64,000 nt of DNA from the human T2T-CHM13v2.0 reference genome, Homo sapiens, in the NCBI RefSeq assembly GCF_009914755.1, contig NC_060946.1. One strand, 5' to 3'. The notes under the pieces were generated by a model. That model saw nothing but the letters and a program-made list of their open reading frames with translations. It was not told the DNA's origin and did no database searches. Made by a program: the position numbers and the translations under genes. Position 1 is the stretch's first letter. Every line of letters begins with the position of its first letter. This document shows positions 1-14,720 of the stretch, piece after piece.

Positions 1-779
1 CTATCAGGGTATAAAGAAGGCAAATAAGCTTCAAAAAAGAAACCTAAAGCTCTGTATTTTCTCTTCCTCGAGTACTAAACGGCTGCTCTGAATTCTCAGC
101 ACCTCTGCTTCCAGGGGCTTTTGATCCATTATTCAATGTTTTTAATTCATGACAAATTACATCTAAATTTTCTTGCTCATGTTCATTTATGGGACATTTT
201 TATCTTGTCATCTTTTTTCATGTACCGTGCAAGCAAGAAGAAAATATCCAGCACAACATACCCTTCAGAAACAAGCTAATAGCACAATTTGGTGTCAATT
301 TCACAGCTCAGTGAAGTGAAAGTGATCTAGCTGGCCATCCACATACACCTAGAAGGAGGTCTACTGCAAGTGCCCAGCCTTCATGTTGCTTGTGTCATGC
401 CTACAAGCAAGATAAGTTCAAGTAGAAACATTATGTATTCAGAAAGAAAGCAGTTATCATTCAAATGCCCTTAGAGCCAGCTAGAACAGAATGTGGAGAG
501 ATAAAGCAGAGCCAGACTTTCATTTTTATATTGTGGAGAGTTGTTTTTCAGAAGTCATGCTTATATTCACCAATGGTAGGGAACAGTAGCTTCCCTTTGG
601 GATTCTGATAATGTTTAGAAGCAGAAATTTTATTTAACGGATGCATGAAAATTGAATAACTATCTTAACAGTTTCTCATGCTTTATAATGGAGGCAAAAT
701 CATAGACTTTCAACTAATATAAAACCAAAATGCCGCAGGAAGAGTATGCAGCTCCTATTATTAACAATTACAATAATAC

Positions 780-960
780 CAATACCATTATTTACCAGCA
801 CATGGTAATGACTCTATTTCATCCTTAGGCCAATTCTGTAAAGTAAGGAGGTACACACATATTAATGATTTTCCCAGTTTTATAGATGAGGAGGCTGAAT
901 CTAAGGTCACACTGTTAATAAATGGTATACTCAGAACTTAAATCCTATTTTTTAGGGTGG
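780..960 (-). mobile_element. MIR fragment
   Basis: 'cccagttttatagatgaggaggctgaatctaaggtcacac' resembles the MIR core in reverse. Confidence 0.6.
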
Positions 961-1599
961 ACTCCAAAACATCACAAAAGAAATGAACATTTCACTATAC
1001 TGCAAACTTATGAGCTATAATTACAATGTTCTTAGCCAAAGTACCCTATGCGTTTCACATGATGCACTAAAAAAATGCAATTCACAAATAAATGTTAAAC
1101 ATTGTAGTCTTTCTCATTGGCACTTTTGTCTTTAATGTTGGATCAAGCTAATGAGACTGCTTTCAATGACTCACCACACTACAGACAAATTAACATTTAC
1201 CACTGCCTCTAGAACAAAGGTCAAGCTCTTCAACCTGGCCAGTAAGACCTTTCACAATCAGGCTCCTTTCCAATCTTAGCCCCCTATACGAACTTTTCAC
1301 TGCAATCAAAGAGTGACAGTAAATATTCATGAATACGTCTTGAATTTTCCTGTTTCCTGACTTATGCTATTACTTCATCTGAAATGCTTCCTATGTTCTT
1401 CTATCAAACTCTTACCCATCCTTCAAAGGGAAGCTTAAGTATACATCTTCCATGAAGCTAAAAGTAAACAGTGAGCTCTGTTCTTATTTACTCTTAGCTT
1501 TAATGGTAGAAAAACTTCATCTTTAAGAGCCCAACATCGTCCCTTACACATACTACACATTTATATATTTGTTAAACGAAGGAATACAATGTTTAATAA

Positions 1600-1800
1600 T
1601 AGAAAGAACATAGCATTTGTACACAAGAGACCTGGGTTTAAATCCTCCTTTTCCACTTACTGAGTAGATCATTTGGCCTCATCTCTAAAATAGAGAATAG
1701 AAATATCTACATCAGTGCTGTTTTGAGGTTTGAATGAGTTATGATATGCCAACACACCACCCCAAGGTCTGGCATAAAACAGGTATTCAAGAAATGTTTG
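1600..1800 (+). mobile_element. MIR fragment
   Basis: 'agacctgggtttaaatcctcct...ccacttact...ggcctc atctctaaaatagag' is MIR-like. Confidence 0.55.
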
Positions 1801-1994
1801 CTGAATCTGTAAAATAAAGAGGCTAGACTAGATGGACTCTAAGGCTTTTTTCTGGTCTATAACACTCTGTGATTCTTTGAGAAGCTAATCTTAATACTTT
1901 TCATGTAATATCTTATATTGCTACTTGTTTCATGTGTCAGTATTTTATGCAACTATGCTAGGAATAGACCCTAGCATAGCTGCATGTGGTAATG

Positions 1995-2215
1995 ATCACA
2001 GTGACCAAGTATTTGGCACCTTACATATATAAATTACCTCACTGAATCCTCATACCAACCTAATGACAAAGGAACTATCTTCATTTTCAAATGAGAAAAT
2101 TGAGGATCAACGGGGCTAAGTAACAGACCGAAGACCACAATCTAGTAAGTGGTGTAGTTCAGCTTTCACCCCAGGTCTCTGACTTCAAAGCTCCTATTAT
2201 TCTTAGTGTGCTATG
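1995..2215 (-). mobile_element. MIR
   Basis: 'aatcctcataccaacc...ttttcaaatgagaaaattgagg...ctagtaagtgg...ccaggtctctgacttcaaagctc'. Confidence 0.7.
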
Positions 2216-4559
2216 GGGCCTCTTGAAAAAATGTCAAGAAGAAGGAAGACCCAGCATCATAAATTCGTAAAAATAAGGCAGAATAAGAGATGGGGATGTG
2301 CTACACTTCAATGAAAATGGCTTTTTAAAGGAAGATCTATACACCCCAACACCTGGTTAGGAAAAAAAAATGCATTTCTTGAAAGTAAACAGCATGCAAG
2401 CACACACTAAAGCAATGGGAAACTTCTACTAGAGCCCTACCTGAGGGCAAGATCTGTCTGACCCTGGGCAGTTACGCCAAATATAAAAGAAAAATGATTA
2501 AGATCAAGATACGTGGCATTCTTTCTAAGACACTACTTTTTTCATAAGTATAAGCAATAGATGATGCGGCTGCTGGGTGCCTGCTAGGACTGCCAGGGAC
2601 AACACTCAATAAAGAGTGTCTCTAGTGACAACATTCAAGAAGGAAAACAGATTGTACAGTTTGTATATCTGGGCTCTTCAATCACAGAAAATTGAGGGAG
2701 TCACACTGCCAGCCAGCTCTTCAGCATGAACTTTCTCATGGTGTGGGTGTGTAAGTCACTGGGATAAGGAATATAATGAGAATCATATGCGACTGCCTGA
2801 GTGAAGCTGAGAGTTGCTTACAGTTCAACTCAGCTCAAGAATCACTATTGGCTGCCCCTACGCTGCTTGAGGCACTGGGCTGGGCACCCAAGAGTAGGTG
2901 AGAAAAGAGATGTAGTCGAGCCTTTAGGCTGCTATACCGTGAGACAGAGATGGAAACAGATTGCTTCACTACAGTGGGATCAGAGCTACCTATAACAGAC
3001 GACATCTCACCATTCTCTGAGCACACAGAGGATACCAAGCCCAGACTGGGGGAAGAGAAATAGAGAAGCTTTGCTGGGGGAAAGGGAGGTGATGTCTGAC
3101 CTAACTCTTATAGAATGAGAATACTTTACCTTGACAAAGAAGGCAGAGAAAGGCCTTGTCAACAAAACAAACAGAGGTCAAGAAAAGGCTAAAATGTATA
3201 TGATATATGTGGAGAACTAAAAGCAGTTAAGCTTTCTAGAGATAACAGAAGGGGATGAGGCTGCAGAGAAGGGAGGATCCCATCTTGAATGGTTTTGACT
3301 ACCTACCATGAGTCATTGAACGGTTTAAGTAAGGTAGGCACATGGTCAGATTTGCATTTTTAATACAAAAAAAATCCCTTTTAGAAGCAGCTAGTAAACC
3401 CCTTCTTTGCAAATGAATTGTGAATTGTTAACAAACAATATCATAGTGTGATAAACATTCTAAAAGAACTCAGTCACACTGTTTGCTGCTTACTTGCAGC
3501 AGGGCCTGAAGCCCAGTCAGTATTAGTAAGTGGCCTATGATAAATGACCCATTCAACTCTGCAGTAAGGCTGGGGACAGAGAGGGGTCTGAAGTGTCCCT
3601 AATGGAAACAGCATGTGTTCTTGTATTTGTATTCACTGAACACACCACATGTGGTGCCCACACATGGCTGAAAACTCCAGGAAACCTTAGAGCCCCTATC
3701 TATCTCCTTGACAGTTCTCACTGTAGCCAGCCTGGAAACTAGGGGCCAGGCTGGGGGCTGAATTTACCTTATTCTCCACTACTTTCTCAGGCTCTTCTTC
3801 ATCATGGAAAAATAAGAGTTAATTCCAAAGGTGCTCTTAAATTAAGGAGGATGTTAGAATTTAAAACAGAATACAATTCTTAACACTGACAACTAAAAAA
3901 ATATTGTGAAGATAACCAATATGCACCCTACATCATACACTACCTAAATAAGTGGCTAATTTTTTTTTCCAGTTCAATAGTTAAGAAAGAGGAGGAAAAA
4001 CTTGGAATATGATACCACTTTGCTGATTGCAGCTCTGTCCTTCATAATACACACCTACTGAAGCCACAATGGAGTTGCTTACTCAAGCAGATAGAAAATA
4101 TCCTGCCCAAAATATCTTGTAAAACTATAGGGCTAATCTATGGGGCCAAGAATAAAGGTCTACACTCTTATTTCAAGTCATCGTTTTTTGCAAGTTTGTT
4201 TCCTACCTCTTTCCGTGAGGGCTTGGTAATTCACTGGCCTAATTTCTCCCCTTTTCCACATAATAAGAACAAACTAAAACTTAAAGCAGTATTGGGGCAT
4301 TTAGCAGGGGGGGAAATCCAGAACCATACAAACTGCTTCCTTGTATAGCAGCTTTATCATGTGAGTAAATACTTACTGCACATGTTAATTAATAACAGGT
4401 AGGACTCAGAGGAATAGCATTAATTCCTTAATCCTCCAAATCCCTCGATTTGTACTGTATTATATAATTCTTTATATACCCTAATAATAATGTATCCCCT
4501 GAAGAGAACCACAATAAGAAGACAAAGCGAGTACCATAACTGGGGGAGACAGAATAACC

Positions 4560-4790
4560 CAGAGGTCGAGAGCACAGCTTTTAGAGGAAGACAAGCCAGT
4601 GTTTCAAATCCCCACTCTGTCACTTGGGAGTTGTGACCTTGAGTCTTCTTATTTGTAAAATGAGGACAAGAACAGTATCTGCCCCACTGGGTAGCTCTGA
4701 GGATTAAATAAGTGAATGCACAGAAAGTCTTTATTTCAGTATCTGGCACGCAGGAAAAAAAATGCTCAATATATGTAAGCTCTAATTATC
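4560..4790 (+). mobile_element. MIR
   Basis: 'ttcaaatccccactctgtcactt...tgtgaccttg...tttgtaaaatgagga...gaggattaaataag...tggcac'. Confidence 0.7.
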
Positions 4791-5866
4791 ATCACTTCTC
4801 ATAGGATAGCAAGGCAACTCACTATCCCTACAGATCTTAGGAATAGGTAGAACAAAATCTCCCACAGGTGATTTAAAATCTTTAAAATTAATTTTTAATT
4901 ATACTAGTAGTACATGAGGACATTCTCCTTTGCCAGAGATAATTTAAGTGAATTCCTACTTGGAGTCAGAGGGCTGAATGAGATAATGTCTTGCAATCTC
5001 TAGTAGCTCTAGGAACTGATGAATTTCCCAAGGACAAGGGCAAAAGGTCAGCACCTCCACCAGGACCTGTAATGCAACTGGGATTCAGGCAAGCTTCACT
5101 TCCCCCTGAGGCAGGGTTGCATGCCCTCCACGTTGCCTTGAGCTCTCCCTGAGACGGGCAGGCCCTTAATGGCAAACATATTGTCCAGCAAAATGAGAGG
5201 ATGGATGTGTTTCCAGCTCAGGAAACTTAATAAAAATTCTTTATCTATTTTATTGAAAACTCAGTTCTGAGACATTACCTCAGAGGTCGGGCCTGAAGAC
5301 CAGCCATTCACTGTTTCATGTTGAGACCAATCCACTGTTCCTCAGAGCAGCTTCTTTGAGGATTTCACTCCTCTTATTGTGATTAAAATGAGGACTCTCA
5401 GCTACTTACATATAAAATTTCAATTAACACCCAACTAAGAAATTAATTCTACACATTAGAGAGGTGTCTAATGTAAGCAATTGGCAAATCTCAGTCCCAG
5501 GACAGTCATGGAGATACATAAACCATTTTCAATATTTCAAAAGGAAATATAGTTTCTCTAGGAAAAACTATGCAGTCTAACAAAAAGTCACATTTCTTTG
5601 CTGTTCCCAGAATTCTATCAGCACAGTACAGCCATTCTGATTACTCACGCTGACCACTTCAGTGTGAGGTTTTTCTTTTTAATGTCCTGGATGACATAAA
5701 TTGAAAAGACTATTTAGGCATTCTTTTGTTTATTTATCCATTTGTTATATTTCAAAATTTAAAACTCTACATCTCTCATAAGATTTTTAGCCTTACTATT
5801 CTTAAAAGAGGGATTATTATAATTTAAATACTTTAATCTACATTCACAAATGTAATATAGTCCAGT

Positions 5867-6232
5867 CAGTCATCCTTTGGTATCCGTAAGAGGTATCTGT
5901 GGTATCTGTGGGAGGTTGTTTCCAGGACTTACCAGCAGATACCAAATTCCAGGATGCTCAAGACCCTTGTATAAAATGGCACAGTATTTCCATATAAGCT
6001 ATGTATATCCTCCCTCCCTTCTAAGTCATCTCTAGATTACTTAAAATACCTAATTTAATGTAAACTCCATATAAATAGTTTTATGCTGTATTGTCTAGAG
6101 AATATTAGCAAAGGAAAAAAGTCTGTACATATTTAGTATAGACACAACCATTTATTTTTCCCTCAAATATCTGCAAACAGCAGTTGGTTGAATCCACAGA
6201 TGCAGAACCCATGGATATAGTGGGCCAACTAT
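5867..6232. mobile_element. MER2 (Tigger-family non-autonomous DNA transposon)
   Basis: Matches recalled MER2: 'cagtcatccttt ggtatccg...gataccaaattccaggatgctcaag...atctctagattactt...gttggttgaatccacagatgcagaacccatggata...gggccaactata', with degenerate terminal inverted repeats. Confidence 0.85.
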
Positions 6233-6710
6233 ATTCTAGTTATCTGACTGACAAACAAACCCTTAAGTGACTGGAAACAGTGGCTGAGATGCAAGCCTAG
6301 AGATGCAGACATCAGAGAATTCATCTCACAACCTGATGGCAAGGAAGGCCCCTTTCTGTGGTTGGCACTACAGAAGCTAAAGAAAGAAGTGGTAAAGTAG
6401 CCGAGAGTTATATAATTTTCAAGTCATCAGCTAGGTGGCTATGCCCTTAATAAGAAATTGAACTCTGGGTATCACAAAGCTACTTCTGACTCAATGATCA
6501 CAGCTTTTAAGAAAGATGGCTATGACTGGTTTTGGTTATCATTTATTTATGCCTCTAATTAATTAAACATGGGAGTATGCACTCATTATCATTCAATATT
6601 GAGTTTGTTTCAAAGTCCAACTTTCAAAACATGGGAGACTGAAAGGAGACACAGATGGGAACGATAAAAGGCCTTTTGTAAGGAGCAGTTTGGAAGTTAG
6701 TGGTTTAGAG

Positions 6711-6905
6711 CAGGAGTCAGCCAAATCATACTCACCCCTATTTTTGTAAATAAAGTTTTATTAGAACACAGCTGTAGCTATTTATTTATTATCTATGGCT
6801 GTTTTCATACTACAATGGCAAAGTTGGTTAGTTGTGTCCACTGGGCCTGAAAAACCTAAAGTATTTATCATCTGGCCCTTTACAGAAGAAGTTTGCCAAC
6901 ACCAG
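6711..6905. mobile_element. MER58A-like hAT-Charlie relic
   Basis: 'tttgtaaataaagttttattagaacacagc...tatggctgttttcatactacaatggca...tctggccctttacagaagaagtttgcc'. Confidence 0.75.
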
Positions 6906-8849
6906 GTTCAGAAGTACAGCTACAAAACTGGAAATGTGAGAACTGGAGTCTATACCTGGCTCTATCACTGTTAGGAGAAACAAAAATAGGATATGTATGA
7001 ATTACTAACTGAAGTGTAAAGTGATTCACAAATATAGGGTGGCATATGATTAGTAATTAATCTGTGACCTTAAGCGATTTATTTAACCTTTTTGAGCCAC
7101 GTACCACAATCTAATGTGTGGAATGTTAATATTTATCCTAAGCAATCATATGAAAACATGAGAAAATGTATGTTTTGAAACATTAAAAGGGCTATGAGAT
7201 AGGGAAGTTTCATTTCACTCTCCATTAAAAAGGATCCTGAATCAGAAATTCTCTCTCTCTCTCAGTATTCCATATTCCATGTGATTAAAAACAAAATATA
7301 CAGGACTACAAACATTTATCCTAGATCCCTTAATCAACTGATTATTAGCCATGTCAACTAGCTACAAGACATTCTCCATTCAGCTAATAATTTTTTTAGA
7401 AGAGGAAATTAAGTTGTATTATATATAGCGGGGACATTACTCAGGAATAGCCACAAAATTATTTGGTATCATAACTTGCGCATAGGAGATGGCTACATGG
7501 TAACATGCTATAACTGCCTTTCCAGAACAGCCCTGGGCCAATATGGAATAATTTCTATCTTATGCTCCAACTCATTTGATAGGGCAATTCCAACAGATTT
7601 TCAACAGCTCCTTTCCTATTATCCAGGAGTAGCCATAGCCAGTGGGAAATATCAGCTATAACTCCCTAACAAAAACAGAGCTTTAACATTTCACTGTGAG
7701 AAAAAATGAAGTCTCTCTAATCATCATTTTAACCTGACACACCTGTTATTCTCTATTCCAACTACTGAAATGTGCTCAGCAGAGAATGGCTGCAAGATCA
7801 AGAAAGGAGGGGAAGAGGTAGATGATGGTATATATTTCTACAAAACTGAAGCCAGATAGTTAAGCTGTAACTACCATGATTAAATTCATAAATGCAAATG
7901 GTGTTGTCTCATCTTCCAAGAAGCATTTATCTAAATGAAACAACTGAAACCAGAGAGAAGCCATTTACTTGCAATAAGTTAGACGCTAGGATCCTTTTTT
8001 CTTCTCATTTCAGACTGCCAAGTTCATCTCCATTAGTACTACCAGAGTCTTTTAAAGATGTGGATATTATGGGAAAGACTCGGGTTTGTGTTCAAAGGCC
8101 ACAAAAGACCTGGCACCATCTTCTGGCAGAACTTGACTATGGGGACAGGTGTGATGGTAGTTAGCTCACCCAGCAAGCCCAGATCAATGTTCTGCCACTC
8201 CCCCAGTGAGAGTTATTAATTACATGGTTCAGCTGCTGGTTTTAGAAACATGTTGACTGATTCATTACCAAATGTAGCAGGCCCAAAAGAACAGCATAAA
8301 ATGGGTAAAAAAACACCCAAATATACATCCTTCCTGTCAAATACTGAGATGGGATTTAAGTACTCCAGTATTCACTCAACTCAGTAGCTATAGTTTGTTT
8401 TTTTCCTGAAACACTCAAATCATTTTAAAGATACCTATAGAAAGGTTACACAGATATTTCAGAGAATGGACTGAAAACAAAATATTATATGAAAAGAAAA
8501 TTATAAATACTCTTGAGGGGGAGTATATATTGACTACATATTTCCACTTCTGGGACATTTTCTAAATATAGCTTAAATAAAAAGCAATCATATAAAACAA
8601 TATATGCAATCAAATTCTTTAAGGAATATATTTCAACAATGTAATGAAAACAATTGTTCAGACTTCCAAATCAATTGAAGTAAATTTATTTTTTGCACAT
8701 ATAAAACTCAGATAAATAGTTATAGTTCTGGTATTTAACTTTAATTATAGATGGAATCTTCAAGAGAGATTTTATTCACATTCCAATAAACAAAGACTGC
8801 AAATTGCCTAAATCACCACTAGGTGACAATGAAATGTTACTGCAATGCA

Positions 8850-9030
8850 CTAGCTTATTTTCTAACATCATATTATACATTACACATTTATTTGTTTGCT
8901 CTCTCCTACATGCAGATTAAAGCTCCATGGGGTCAGGAACTTTGCTGTCTTAGTCACAACTGTAACCTCAGCACCAACCACACAGTACCTGGCACATAGT
9001 ATCCAATATATACTTGTTAAATGAAAAATG
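8850..9030 (+). mobile_element. L2 3' end
   Basis: 'aagctccatggggtcaggaactttgctgtc...cagtacctggcacatagta...tacttgttaaatgaa'. Confidence 0.65.
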
Positions 9031-9105
9031 ATGACTTAACTGTGTATTGTGGTAGGAACAGGTAGAAGATTACTCCACATAGGGAGGAGCTAGGTGTGAT
9101 ATTTA

Positions 9106-9783
<678 letters not shown>

Positions 9784-10694
9784 TCAGTGAGTGGATATAT
9801 TTGGGAAAGCCCCAGGAATTAAAGTGAAGAAGCAATTACAAGGTAATAAAGAATCAGAAAAGTCAAGGAAGAAGAGCACTTCAAAAGAAGTGTTTATTCA
9901 GGAATACTTAATGGTGCAAAAAAAAAAAAAGTCTGGTTAGATAAGAGGCTGAAAAGAATTCCTGGGATTTGATAAAATGAAAGTCAATTAGAAGCCATTG
10001 AAAAAAAAATGCTTCACTATGGTAGGGGAAGAAATGATTCAACAGTGACTAAAGCTTAGATGTGGACTCCCTCCCACTAAAACACATATTAATGTCAGAT
10101 ATAACAGCATGTTAAAATCCCTAGGTGCTAGAAACAAAGAGGGAACTCAATACCAAAGCGTCAAGTATGAGACCCAAAAGAGTAGTGGCTGAGGAACCAC
10201 ACATGAATGGGGAGGAAGAAACCTGGTTCACAGAAGGCAAAGAATCAGAACTGATATTCCCATATAAAGCAAGGACCCTGGAAAGGCCTGCCTCCTCCAT
10301 GAAACCAGGACCAGGAAAACTATCCCTGGAAAACACAAGAAACCTTGTCATCTGCCTTCTGTATAGGAACACTGTATCCAGTGATAAATTAAAACCCCAG
10401 ACCTATGTGATGCATAGATATGGAGTCTGAATTTATATACCACAAATTATACAGGATCTCAAACCACAAAATAAACATTAAGAACAAGTCCTCAACTGGT
10501 GAAACCCCTGAGTTTCTTCACCAGAAGCAAATGCAGAGCCATTTTGTAGGAACTCTTCCACAATCATGCCCAGTAAAAATGATCTTGCAATTTTTTTAAA
10601 AAAAGCAAAAGACCACACGAGAGAGCCATTCACCAAGAGGGAGTAGACACAATAAATTGAGAATTAGCACCCTGAAAGGGTGACATAATATAAC

Positions 10695-11352
<658 letters not shown>

Positions 11353-11487
11353 TAGAATAATTTAAGATCACTTATAAAATGTTATATATGTTTAATATGA
11401 CTACATATATTTTTTAAAAAAGGAAGAGTGACTAGTCAGGAAATGTCAGTCATAAGTGTAGGTTATGTTTTCAAAAACTGTGGCTCA

Positions 11488-12183
<696 letters not shown>

Positions 12184-12497
12184 GACTGGGCATAATGGCC
12201 CATGCCGTAATCTCAGCATTTTGGGAAGCTGAAGTGGGAGCATTGCTTGAGGCCAGAAGTTCAAGACCAGGCTGGGCAACAGAGCAAGATGCCATCTCTA
12301 CCAAAAATCAAAAAAATTAGCCATGCATAGTGGCACATGCCTACAGTCTCAGCTACTCAGGAGGCTGAGGTGGGAGAACTGTCTGAGCTCAGGAGTTTGA
12401 GGTTACAGTGAGCTATGATCACACCACTATACTCTAGCCTGGGTGATGGAGTGAGACCCTGTCTCTAAAAATAATATAAGAAATAAAATACAAGAAA
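12184..12497 (+). mobile_element. AluJ
   Basis: Diverged dimer with J-type 'ttgaggccagaagttcaagacc' and 'gagctatgatcacaccact', plus an A-rich tail. Confidence 0.9.
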
Positions 12498-13215
12498 ATG
12501 ACTTGTATTAAAAAGACAGGCAATAACGGATGCTGGTGAGGATGTAGAGAATGAGGAACCTTTGTACACTGTTGGTGGGAATGTAAGTAAGTACAGCTAC
12601 TTTGGGGCAGAGTATGGAAATTCCTCAAAAAACCAAAAATAGAAATACCATATGATCCAGTAATCCCACTATTGGGTATATATCCAAAAGAAAGGAAATC
12701 GACATATCAAAGAGATACCTGTACTCCCATGTTTACTGCAGCACTATTCACAGGAGCCAAAATATGGAATCAGCCTAAGCATCCATCAATGGATAATGAA
12801 TGAGTAAAGAAAACATGGCATATATACACAATGGAATATTATTCAGCCATAAAAAGAAGGGAATTCTGTAATTTGCAGCAACATGGATACAACTAGAAGA
12901 CATTAAGTGAAATTAGCCAAGCACAGAGAGCTAGATATTGCATGTTCTCATTCATATGTGGGAGCTATTAATAAAAAAGCAAATCCCATGAAAATAGAGA
13001 GTAGGTTGGTGGTTATCTGATGCTGGGAAGGGGAGAGCGAAAAGGAGAAAAGGAGGATGAATGGGGGAAAAAAGAATATAAATATATTTATTACCACTGA
13101 ACTAACTGTATACTTAAAAATGGTAAAGATGGTAAATTTTTACCATCTTTAGATGGTAATAGAACATATATATATATATATATATATATCTTCTACTTCA
13201 ATAAAAAATAAAAAA
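12495..13215 (+). mobile_element. L1MA-type 3' end (end of ORF2 plus 3' UTR)
   Basis: 'gatgctggtgaggatgtagag...gttggtgggaatgtaa...tatgatccagtaatcccact...tattcagccataaaaag...catgttctcattcatatgtgggagct'; AATAAA and A-rich end. Confidence 0.9.
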
Positions 13216-13899
13216 AGAAAAAACAGCTTTGTCACATAAAAAAGACAGAAAAGAAAGACTACATATAGTTTATTAACCTTACCTAAGCCCTTCAAGCAAA
13301 TCTTACAAAAACCATCAGTTGATTTTTATCACCACTGTCCTCAGAAATCTTACTCCCTTTCTTTATACTAATGAAAAAACTATGGAGTAAAAGGCCCTCA
13401 AAATTTCCCCTAAAGAATAAAATATTTGCCCTCTGAACTTTGTCAGTCCTCCTGTCTTCTATCTTCATAGCAGAAACCAACTATAATTTTATAAACATAC
13501 TATAGTTGGGATACTGAAGTGGTGAACATTACTTAGCAATGTCTGTGTATTGGTCCTTCAAAGAGCTGTGCCTGACTTTTGATGCGTAATTTGTTCTTCA
13601 AAATGTGAACAGGTTGAACGTGCACAGGTCACACAATGGAATTTCATGTTATATAAGGAATCCTGTTAGGATCTTCACAGATACATTTTCAGGATTTACA
13701 TGTTCTTCAGTCTTGTTATTTTCCTTCACTTATCAGCAGAAGTCAAAGAAATATTAAAACTGACAGTAAAGATGTACTATTTTGGGCACACCAATAATTT
13801 TCTATCTTTATCTCAACTGTATTAGATTATTAGACCTACATATATTTTGGTTACTATTAGTACCTTTATATTTAAATTTCCCAATTATTTTTATAAATA

Positions 13900-14307
13900 A
13901 GGGGAAAAATGCAATAAAATATACATATAGCTGCACAAACTCACAACAAAGATGGAAATAAGAAAGACATATGAATGTCTAAAACCGGCAAGTTATCTGA
14001 ACCCCAGAGCATATCAGAAATGCCTGCAAATAAACGGGACAGCAACCCCAATAAAAAATGAGTAACACTTTACAGAAGAGGGAATTCAAAGGCTAAGAAG
14101 CATATGAATAGATGTTCAAATTCATTAGTAATGAAATAAATGCAATTTAGAACAACAGTGAGGAAGTATATTATACTTTTTAGACCAACAAAAATTAGAA
14201 TGCTGAAGAATGTCAAGAGCTGATGAAGAAGAGGGACATAGAAAACACATTTGTTGAGGTGTAGACTGATATATCCACTCTAAAGGAATCTGGCAGTGTT
14301 TGGTTAA

Positions 14308-14344
<37 letters not shown>

Positions 14345-14520
14345 TACAACCTCACACTTTCAACCCTGAGTATATATTCCAAAGAAATTCTCACATAGGT
14401 ATTTCAGGGAAAAAATACAAAGGTGACCTCTGAAGTACTGCTGTGGTAGTGGGAAGCTAGAGAAATCTGGTTGTCTATCAGTGGGGAAGTCATTGGCAAA
14501 ACATGGTGGATGAGCATATA
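13900..14520 (+). mobile_element. Old L1M fragment
   Basis: 'ttacagaagagggaattcaaaggctaagaagcatatgaatagatgttcaaattcattagtaat...aaatgcaa'. Confidence 0.6.
14311..14342. repeat. (GT)16 microsatellite
   Basis: Perfect dinucleotide run. Confidence 0.95.
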
Positions 14521-14604
14521 TGATGAATATGCATGCAACAGTTCTTTTGAAGCAATTTGTTATTGCTGTAATTGTAATTTCTCCATTCGCTCATCCACCT
14601 TTTT

Positions 14605-14720
14605 CTCTGGACTATGAGCTCTTCAAGGGCAGAGATTGAACCTTGTTGATCTTTGTTTCCAAGTCATCATAGACTGTTCCTAGCCATAGTAGGTATTTAT
14701 TAAATAATAAATGAATAAAA
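14605..14720 (+). mobile_element. L2 3' end
   Basis: 'gactatgagctcttcaagggcagagat...catagtaggtatttattaaata...aatgaat'. Confidence 0.6.

Noticed and set aside
13500-13760. Unique-looking stretch with TCF/LEF- and SOX-like motifs (similar stretches at about 15.2-15.6 kb and 23.4-24.8 kb)
   Set aside because: Short motifs alone cannot support an enhancer call without conservation or chromatin data.
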